Source: Minutocellus sp. GHC0000111 (taxonomy: Eukaryota). From it: a stretch of 64,000 nt of DNA. Below, one piece after another: positions 1 through 8,762 of this stretch. The notes under the pieces were generated by a model. The model ran no database searches and was not told where the DNA came from. It saw nothing but the letters and a program-made list of their open reading frames with translations. The stretch spans positions 4,402,001 through 4,466,000 of the forward strand of contig OZ361258.1 in NCBI GenBank assembly GCA_977018835.1. Direction: 5' to 3'. A program made the position numbers and the translations under genes. The number at the start of each line of letters is the position of its first letter. Within the stretch, counting starts at the first letter, position 1.

Positions 1-129
1 GGGAACAATAATAAGCGGGATGAGAAGCAAGCAAAAGATACGGACCAAATCCAAAAAGATCGTGCTTCCGTTGGGTGGCGAGGACAGACATGATCTTTGG
101 GAGTGAAATCGTTTGCTGGCAGGGTGCTG

Positions 130-349
130 TACAGAAACTTCGCCGGCGGCGTAATGCTATCAGTCGGAGCTGATAGATCTATCGATATATACAATTGTAC
201 TTGGCTAACTAGCCCTATAACTCAGCTAACGGTCCTCAGAGGATACCGTTGCAACGATACTTCACAAGATGGGCCATTTCAGCCGTTGCCACTGACGTAT
301 CTGCTTACGTACGGCAGACGGACGAAAACCCCCCGGCTGATTTTCTCTA
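130..349 (-). repeat. 3' LTR (220 bp)
   Basis: Near-identical to 1433-1648 (a few substitutions and small indels); preceded on the minus strand by the PPT. Confidence 0.9.
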
Positions 350-1432
350 CTCCCCCTAGATCGACTACTGTTAGATCTAGCCTTGGGATCAGCTTCATTT
401 CATTAAATCAATAGAATCAAATTTTAAAACATATAAAAGTATAAACCGAAGTGCTTCCCGCGCAAGCTGCTTCCCGCATGTGCTTCCCCAGTGCCCTGAG
501 ACTCCAACCAAGTTGGATCTAATCTCACTGTGGGCACGGACCTCCTTGAGGCTCCGGCACTGGCTGGGTACATCCACACCGGTACGTCCAGCTCACCTAC
601 GGTGCATCCACTTCTCCGCTTGGGCATCCTTCTTGACGCCCGACAGAATCTTGGTCAACATGTCGGCGATGTTGAACTTGCCGTACACGTCATTGACGAG
701 GAGGGGGCATCGACCATGTTGCCGTTGGCCACATGCCGAGCCTTGCGAGTGAAAGCTCCGTCCATGGTGACGTCGAAGATCATGTGGGCTTCAATCCACT
801 TATAGCCTCGGGGTGCTTTCTCCCCGTCGGCCAAAATCTCGAAGGCAACCTCGCCGAAACCAGCCTCGAATCCGTCGGCCTCGTCCATACTGCTGACAGG
901 TTGATGCGGCGATTTGGATTCAGGCGCCGATTCTGCCTCGACGACAGCATTACACGATCATGAGCCTCAAAATCACGCCGCTTCTGGCTACGAGCCTCGG
1001 CCTTGGCATGACTGTCACTGTTGGGATCCCAGTGTAAACTACTGGTGATCTCAAAGATCGGCAGCCGATCAAGCTCGTCGTCATCGGGCGAACTGATACT
1101 AAATCCCGACGACACGCCATTGAGGGTAAAGGGGACTACTAGACGACCGTACTCCTCGCTCTCCAGCAGCACTACACCGAAGTTTGAGGTCTCGTCATGT
1201 TGAACCCACGTCGTGTCCACCCTCGTGCCTGAGTCTCCGGACTTGAGGCGTGGACATTAACGACTGCGACGCTCCCGGCTTATATAAAGCTTGGTTGACC
1301 CTCAGCAGGATCTCGCGATCATCCGTCGTCGTCACCTTGGTAACGGCATCAACTACCGGCAGGGACAAAGATCCCAGCGACTCGCTAAAGCCTGAGACCG
1401 TGTGCACTTACAGTATGGGCTGGCTGATGAAC

Positions 1433-1648
1433 TACAGAAACTTCGCCGGCGGCGTAATGCTATCAGTCGGAGCTGATAGATCTATCGACACACAATTGTA
1501 CTTGGCTAACTAGCCCTATAACTCAGCTAACGGTCCTCAGAGGATACCGTTGCAACGATACTTCACAAGATGGGCCATTTCAGCCGTTGTCACTGACGTA
1601 TCTGCTTACGTACGGCAGACGGACGAAACCCCCGGCTGATTTTCTCTA
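1433..1648 (-). repeat. 5' LTR (216 bp)
   Basis: Near-identical to 130-349; ends TACAGAAA...TTTCTCTA form an imperfect inverted repeat. Confidence 0.9.
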
Positions 1649-1726
1649 GCTGCGCTGCTGCTGTGCGTGCAGTCGGCCTCATTTTCTGTCCGGCCGATAG
1701 CATTGCCCTGCCCTGTGCAGCAGTGA

Positions 1727-3391
1727 ATGTTGCCCATGCCAAACATGAACACGCCCACCCCACGTTACCATCGCCGCGAGGCTTGCTATGCCAGTGTATG
1801 TTCGACGCTGCAAGTTCAAAAATGCGAAAGAACTACCCCCCTCAACGAAGTTCGTGCTGCATCAATTTTGGCCACCGCCAAAGAACAAATAACATCGCCC
1901 GACACCCACCACCGCTTCGAGGACATCGTAGGTCACTTCTGGGCTGGAACGGAATATTTCTTTGAAGTCCGTTGGGAAAATGGCGAGGTTACTAGGGAGC
2001 CCATGTCAAATCTGAAGCAGGATGACCCGCGCTCATTAGCTGAGTATCTCAACCAGTCGGGTCTTGCAAAGAGAAGTAAGACTTGTAGTTGGGCAAACGG
2101 CGACGAATACATGTCTGGATCATCATCCGAGGAGGAAGCCGAGGAGCTGGAGCCAAAACAAAGGCGCAACCCAATAGATACCATCATAGAAACGAGAAGC
2201 TATGGGCTTCGGAGTGGCTCTCGGAATGGTGGCAATGTAGGCCTGCATGTAGACGAGGAGGTAGATGAAGAAGGTCTGACTGAGGAGCAAATTCTGTGCG
2301 CAAAACGTCGCAAGAGGCGTGCGCAGTTGAATGGCTCGCGAGAAGAGCGTCGAGTAAGACGAAAGATTGAAAAGGCGCTCGATCTCGCATCAAAGTGTGC
2401 AGAGTTTACCAAGTTGGCTGATGAAGAAGGCGTGTTGTTGCACATGCTTGGTCAGCTAGGTAACGACTCGAATATTGGTTCGTTTGAACAGAGCTCCGAA
2501 GACAAGCTCTTTCGATGCCCTGTATGCCTAGACCCTTTTGATTCGTTGTTATCTGATTTGCATTTGAAGCGAGATTCTAATCTACCTGTTCGCTCGGCAG
2601 TTTGTTCGCATAAATTATGCTGTTCTTGTTTGACGCACATGCAGCTTGCGAACTCAAGCGGTGCTTCAGTATGCAAGTGGCTGAAATGTCCCGTATGCAA
2701 GCAGAACACAGCATTTGACGCGGTTTCTATGCCCATCGATGTATTTGTTTGCCAGTGCATGGATCGAATTGAAGCAAAGACGTATACTCTCTCCGCTGCC
2801 ATCTCCCTCTCATCGGACCAACATCGTACAGTCGCCGGCTTATACGCTAGAGCCAGCAAAGGAAGCAACCTGAATAGATTGTCCTCAGATCAATCGTCAA
2901 AGAAGTTATTGGCCACAAAACGAAAGCTTGCCCAGGCACGAAAAGCTATCAAAAGAAAATCAGAAGCCTTGGAAGTTGTAGAAAAAGAGTTGTTATCGAC
3001 AAAGGGAGAGCTGGCTCATGCTCGTGAGACTCTAAAGCAGTGGTCTTGTGAAGCAAATGACGACGTTGATACCAATGAGACTTTGTGCGTGAAGGAAGAT
3101 CTGCTTGCTCTTCGACCAAGTGTAGCGAGAGCAAAGCTCAAGTATCAAGAAAAATATCATGGACGGGCCGAGAATTGGTTTGGCAGACTTGAGGATTTGA
3201 TTGGTTCCAGTGTCGCGGTCATTGGCGATTACGAAGCCAGAGAAAAGGCTGAAAGGACAAAGAGTAAAGTTCTGGTGCAAGAAAATACAAGGCTCGCCCA
3301 CGAAATTGCCGAACTGAAGGCGCAATTGCAGGCCCATTCGGGGCATTCGAAAAGATGCAATGCAACATCAGTGCTGGAAGATATTATATAA
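1727..3391 (+). CDS. Chromo-like domain + RING finger + coiled-coil protein
   Basis: 554 aa ORF; FEDIVGH..YFFEVRWENGEVTREP..DDP..LAEY (chromo-like); CPVC...CSHKLCCSC...CPVC (C3HC4-type RING); C-terminal heptad-rich region. Confidence 0.75.
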   Translation: MLPMPNMNTPTPRYHRREACYASVCSTLQVQKCERTTPLNEVRAASILATAKEQITSPDTHHRFEDIVGHFWAGTEYFFEVRWENGEVTREPMSNLKQDDPRSLAEYLNQSGLAKRSKTCSWANGDEYMSGSSSEEEAEELEPKQRRNPIDTIIETRSYGLRSGSRNGGNVGLHVDEEVDEEGLTEEQILCAKRRKRRAQLNGSREERRVRRKIEKALDLASKCAEFTKLADEEGVLLHMLGQLGNDSNIGSFEQSSEDKLFRCPVCLDPFDSLLSDLHLKRDSNLPVRSAVCSHKLCCSCLTHMQLANSSGASVCKWLKCPVCKQNTAFDAVSMPIDVFVCQCMDRIEAKTYTLSAAISLSSDQHRTVAGLYARASKGSNLNRLSSDQSSKKLLATKRKLAQARKAIKRKSEALEVVEKELLSTKGELAHARETLKQWSCEANDDVDTNETLCVKEDLLALRPSVARAKLKYQEKYHGRAENWFGRLEDLIGSSVAVIGDYEAREKAERTKSKVLVQENTRLAHEIAELKAQLQAHSGHSKRCNATSVLEDII

Positions 3392-3723
3392 ACACTACAA
3401 ATACCTACTACGTAGCTACGTAGCTAGGTCAGTGCGCAATCAGTGCGTTAAAAAAGAGTGTACCACTGGAAGTGAAAAGTATTGCTTTTAATAACTATAA
3501 ACACAATGCAGTCAGTACTGTCTGCAAAAGTCCGTTTGTACAGTTTATGGTTTGTTTCCATTTGTACATTTATAGTTTTCTGTCCGTATTCTTGTCTACT
3601 ACCAATTGGTAGAAATAGAAGTTCCCAGGTACGATTGTAGCCCTTCTCGAATTTCCTCGCTAGCTACTTGAATGAAATCTAGTCATCCATTAATATCATC
3701 CACGGCAAGGCGATAAATGATGG

Positions 3724-4218
3724 CTAATGCTTCTTTGTCTTGGAATTGACGGCGCTGCTCTTTTCGTGGCCCTTTGTGGCTTCGGCCTTCTTCTTATCAT
3801 GGGCCTTGCTGTGGTGAGCATCCTTGTGGGGGTGCTTGCCTGATGCGTCCTTCTTCTTTGCCTTGGAGAGCTCGATCTTGTGGTTTGTAGCGAAGAGAAC
3901 TTCCTCCTCACTCAGCTCAACACCATCGCGAATTTTGTTACGTAGATATTTCATGTGGCGCTTCTCGTCGTGGCTGTAGTGAACTTTTGATGCCTTCTTC
4001 TGGTCAAATACAACGTTTTCGTCCTTCCTCTCCTTGACGACGGGCTTGGGCTGAGGAGCCGCCTTGGGAGGAGGAGCAACCACCACCTTCTTGCTTCCTC
4101 CATTAAGAACGGCATTCTTCTTGGCGGCGTCAGCCTTCTTCTCTAGTTCCTTTATCATTTTAGCACTGGCACTGGACTGGGCGAGCTTGGCGGGGGAGAT
4201 CTTGGTTCCTCGGGGCAT
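3724..4218 (-). CDS. Lysine-rich hypothetical protein
   Basis: ATG (MPRGTKISPAK) at 4218; K/A-rich ORF with AAG/GCC codon bias; no recognisable domain. Confidence 0.6.
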   Translation of the reverse strand: MPRGTKISPAKLAQSSASAKMIKELEKKADAAKKNAVLNGGSKKVVVAPPPKAAPQPKPVVKERKDENVVFDQKKASKVHYSHDEKRHMKYLRNKIRDGVELSEEEVLFATNHKIELSKAKKKDASGKHPHKDAHHSKAHDKKKAEATKGHEKSSAVNSKTKKH

Positions 4219-4709
4219 GGTGACTGCGGTGTTGTTGCTTGGAGTTGAGCGCTGCTTGTGGGACGTAGCTTTCGCTTCGGTTTGCTGCTTTGGTTCGAAT
4301 AATGAGCTCAAGAGTGATGCTTTGGCTTTTGGCTTTGATTTGTAGCTGGCCGCACTTGCTTCTTGTTATTTTTTCCACGCGTTGTGATGTGGTATGGATC
4401 TTCGGTAGAGATCTTTTCTGCTCACACGAACGAACGCATATCTTTTGTCATGCGGATCTTCAGAAGAGTTCTCGTTGTAGTGCGTCCTTGCTTGCAGAAA
4501 CTAATTCTTGCCGCAGAATCATTCCTCCCTGCACGATTTCAAAGCCGCATGCGTTTCATGATGGATTACTTTGAAGATGCCGGCAGGTTCGCCATGTGCG
4601 GTCCTTTTTTTTGACATGAGACAGGCGGCTCGTGTCCAGTTGTGGCCGGGAACACAAAAACGGGATTCAAAGCAGGGAAAATTCTTCATCTATCTCTTGA
4701 CTTTTCCAT

Positions 4710-5891
4710 CTACTTTATTTTCAATAATGTTGCTCGAGAAGAATCGTCGATTGGTATCCATTCCGTTGGATTCCCGTAGGAAGCCGACCACAGACGGTTG
4801 CTGTGAATCACAATTCCACCCTTTTGTGTAGGTCCCAAAAAGGCAGCCCACCAGCTAAAAGTCCCTCCGGAAGCGACGATGTGGTCGCATGACGATAACA
4901 CGGCCAAGTCTAGCATCGGATCGCTGCTTCCTATGTACTGAAACTCATCCGATGCAAACATTCCGCCCTCTCGTTTGTGGTCATTGAACCATCTATATCC
5001 CTCAGATCCCTCTGACGCTAACAAGAATTTTATTCTTGGACTGCCTGAACTCACCAACGAGCCGAGCTCTTCTCTCATCCTCTCTATTGCTTTGACATAG
5101 TAGTCATCTCCTGGTGCATCGCAGTAACTGCAATCGATTTTGTCGCCTCGGCGTGCGTGAATTCCAACAATAATGTCGCCATCTCGGCGGAAAGGTTCCA
5201 GAACTGCTGCGGCTTTCTTCACGTACTCCTCATTGAACGTCAAAATGGCCAAAACTTCATCTTTCACGTGCCGAAAGTTGCCATAGCTCTGCATAAAGTC
5301 AGACACCTCGAGGTCGTCCCCGTCATATTTCGACAAATCCCTTTGATCAAAGTTGTTGATATGGTGTCCTGCTCTAATAGGTTTGGATTTTACCTTCCAG
5401 TGCTTGTCACAAAAAGTAAAGGGACCCTTGAAGTAGCGCTCAATTCTATGTATTGAAAAGCCGGAGGGAGCGTGTGGTAACTTGTCAATTACATCCAGTG
5501 AAAGAGTATTTATGCAGAAATTGTAGCCATATTTCGCCGCTATGCCATAGCCGCTGGCGAGGGAGAATAAATCGTTTCCTATTCTTCCACCTGTATAGCG
5601 TAGCTTGAGATATGGTCCAGGCAGCCGCTTGGCTACTTCGGGCGTAGGCGGTGGTGTCGGCATAGAAATTTCTTGCACCGTCGCTACGATAGTATGCCCT
5701 TTATTTTTCAGGTGGCGTCCATTTGCGATTGCGTCGGCGGAGGAGTCCTCTGCGAGTGAACGGCTTTGCAAGGTTTGTAGCCGATCATTGTCCGAGAAAA
5801 ACAAGATTGCAGCGCCGCCGCACGCAAGGAAAAGTATTGCGGCGGTGGTGGCCCTCCGATCACGCCGATGACACGGATCAATCGGGCGCAT
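4710..5891 (-). CDS. Glycosyltransferase family 11 (alpha-1,2-fucosyltransferase-like), type II membrane
   Basis: N-terminal TM; GGRIGNDLF, VGIHARRGD and CDHIVASGGTFSWWAAFL are GT11 motifs. Confidence 0.88.
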   Translation of the reverse strand: MRPIDPCHRRDRRATTAAILFLACGGAAILFFSDNDRLQTLQSRSLAEDSSADAIANGRHLKNKGHTIVATVQEISMPTPPPTPEVAKRLPGPYLKLRYTGGRIGNDLFSLASGYGIAAKYGYNFCINTLSLDVIDKLPHAPSGFSIHRIERYFKGPFTFCDKHWKVKSKPIRAGHHINNFDQRDLSKYDGDDLEVSDFMQSYGNFRHVKDEVLAILTFNEEYVKKAAAVLEPFRRDGDIIVGIHARRGDKIDCSYCDAPGDDYYVKAIERMREELGSLVSSGSPRIKFLLASEGSEGYRWFNDHKREGGMFASDEFQYIGSSDPMLDLAVLSSCDHIVASGGTFSWWAAFLGPTQKGGIVIHSNRLWSASYGNPTEWIPIDDSSRATLLKIK

Positions 5892-8180
5892 CGTTCCTCG
5901 CAAAAAGAATTGGTCGGTGGTGCTCTAGAGCTAGCTGCGTAGGAACGTAAGTTCCTATCCGGCAATGGCTGTGGTTTGCTGGCAGTTGTTCTTCCTTGCG
6001 AGTTTCGATACACAAAATGCTGGCGCCAAATTCCCAATTGCCCATTCAGCTTGCGTGATCAAAATGACCTCGCGATCGCGGCGGCGAAGGCAAAATTCTG
6101 GTCGGCCGGACGCCGGACGGACTTTATCTAAAGAAACCCGGAAACCGGATTTTTCCAACATCCCACTTCCATCACGATGTGCCCAGACTCTAGCTAGTAG
6201 GAGACGACCCCCAAGATGATATTCACCAACCATGCCCACCTCATTATCTCTTCTATATATATGCCGCTTGGCTTGTGGACCTTCATTTCAGTCTCAATTT
6301 CCTGAAACTCGTGAAAGTCGACTATCGGCGCATGTCATCGGCCGACCTCGACCTCCATGACAGCTACAATTGCAAAGAAAAAGTAACGACGGCGTCGACT
6401 TGATGAGAGATTGCCGAGATTTGACGGCTTGGTAGGTCGGTTCAATGCAAGCATGGGGCGGCGGCGTGACAGTGTTATTGAGTTCGGACGCACGGCAGTC
6501 GCAAAATGCCGATGCCGTTTGAAAAAACAAGAATCTGACTTCATCGCAAAAGCGGTCCTCAATGTCAATATGGGTATAGTGGGAACCAAGCCGATTTGAG
6601 GCACATAAGAACTTTTGATATTTCGCTACCATGACACTACTGGAGTGATTGATGTGCTTCTCCTGCGAGTTGGGTATCAGCAAGCTGACATTATATTGGG
6701 GCTTTGTGCGTTTGCCGAAATATTTCCTGTATTGGGACAGGCGCCAAAATCAGATGATGTGCAATAGTTCTTGAAATTCAATAGAGAAGCGCAGATTCTC
6801 GTTCAATCTTGTCGATGTTTGTACTAAAGAGTGGAGGAGCACGTGTTGATTTTTTAGTTTGTGTCTGGAACCCACTGCATTCTCACACAATGACAAGTAA
6901 CACCAGAACTTCCAGATTCTCATCAACTTGTCCACCGCGATGTCATAATCGCCTTGGGTACAACAATCTTCCCCAAATTGACGATAACGAGGCTTCAAAT
7001 CGAACAGTGTATATATATACTAAAATTCGATAGCGTCTATCTGTGGTTTTGGTCGATAGTTTGGCCAAACTGTGTCATGTTGTAATTTTTCGAGGGTAGT
7101 TTTATTCTTCTGGAAGGTCAAAATTACCAATATGATGATAGTTGGGTTCATGCACGCCCAGTCACTACATCGGTACCTTCTTCCAACCTTCATATGGTGT
7201 GAGTTGGCTCATTGATGGAAAGTTTCGCGGGGTTGCTGCAACAATTGGTAGTTTTGTAAGTATCGCAATGTTTCGTGGAGGTCGACGCCAGAACTCGAGG
7301 GGCATTGAGCCCAAGACTCAAAATTGATACTGAACAACAATCAACTACAACTACTGCAGGGGAAGGGCATTCATTGACTTCCCTTGATGCATGTGAGCGG
7401 CCTCTGTGTTCATGGAAGGTCCTTTGTACCGGTATGGAAAGTAATTAGGGAAAATCAATGTGGAAATTCATTCATTTTTGGGCGTTTCTCGATGGTCGTC
7501 AACCTCCACGAAGATTAGAGCTTTATGGATCGACTAATAGTCGCTAAAGCAATATCACTCGAATAGAGACGGGTCAGGGTATGTATCTAGTGGGTCTTTG
7601 TGGATATTAACTGTAGTGAAGTGACTTGCTTGGCTGCTGGCAGTCGTTTGATTGGTGAGAACAATTTCCGATGGACGGACAAAGGAGAAAAGTGACCTCG
7701 TTGAGCCATAATAGGCGCGCTTGCGCGATGAGTTGCAATGGAACACACCGCCCAATCCCTATAAATCTTATGTTGGTAACACACAACCCAAAGAACCTGC
7801 TCTATGTTGCAATTTGACGTCACTTTCCGATAACTTTTATATCATCGCCTCCCCAGAATCCCTGAATTACCGCCATAGGACCTGTCCGAGCAGTAACAGT
7901 AAGAATTGAGAGCAAGCCATAGTCCAAACCTTCGCCCAAGCGCTTATCATCCCCTGTATATATCGTCATGCAACGAAAGCAAATGGAGTGACACAATGCA
8001 CCCACCAGGCAAGAATAAAACCCTCCCAACCCTCCCAGAGTCAAAAATCTGCGCCGCAGACCCTCTGGGAGCACGGAAACTTCGATGTGGGCACCATCTT
8101 ATCGCTCAAACCTCGGCCAAAGCCTTCACAGGACCTTTTGGACATATCTTTGGGTAACAAAAGCAGATAAAACGATAATC

Positions 8181-8247
8181 TGGCCCAGGAGGCGAGATTT
8201 GAACCCGCTTATCCCGCCCAGAATCCCAGTTGTCGCCGCTTTCGACA
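8181..8247 (-). other. tRNA-like fragment (T-arm + acceptor 3' strand + G + CCA)
   Basis: Minus strand GCGGG-TTCAAAT-CTCGC-CTCCTGG-G-CCA with canonical spacing; upstream TGTCG-AAAGCGG-CGACA hairpin. No pairing anticodon stem and no adjacent 5' acceptor strand. Confidence 0.4.
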
Positions 8248-8762
8248 TGAATCGAATCAAGCACAATAGACGTACTTGCATGACAAGCATAAACCTCGAC
8301 TCACGTCAAATGGAAGGTATTGATGGCATCTTATGTCGCAATCTGTGCTTATTTGCTGAGATTTCAATATCTCCGCTTCGCCGAGGCTCTCGATTTTTTT
8401 CGTCCACGACCTCTGGGAGCTGCTGAAATAGTGATAATTGGTAGGCAAGTTACAGACTAAACCTCGCACGAAGTGCTCACACAATTTTATACATCGGGAG
8501 GCAATGTAAGCAAGCGAAGTGAGAGATCTACCCTATGAGGCAAGCTTAAAACCCTCTCAGTCCGCCCAGAATATAAAAAATCGATGTGCATTTTGGGATT
8601 GATTTTTTGCAGATGGACGGCAGATACGGCAGTCTCAGAAGCATGATGAAGCGAAAAAAGAAATGTGCTGAAATAGCAATCTGTACAGAAACAGCGATCA
8701 CATGCGGGGAGGAAGCTGCCATCTATTTTATTTGAACAATGGTAAGTCTGCAAAAGACAACA

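Larger units (their letters stand above)
130..1648 (-). mobile_element. Internally deleted, non-autonomous Ty1/Copia (CoDi-like) LTR retrotransposon
   Basis: Direct repeats at 130-349 and 1433-1648; GCTG on both flanks (126-129, 1649-1652); polypurine tract AGGGGGAG (minus strand, 350-357) abutting the 3' LTR. Internal minus-strand pol fragments: protease-region TVSGF..LPVVDA..VNQAL..QSLMS..QVR, RT start VAFEIL..HMIFDV.MD..TRKARHVANG, RNase H end NIADMLTK. Confidence 0.9.

Noticed and set aside
6000..8150. Gene-free stretch as a decayed transposon
   Set aside because: No recognisable transposase/RT motif or terminal repeats found by eye; needs a repeat-library search.
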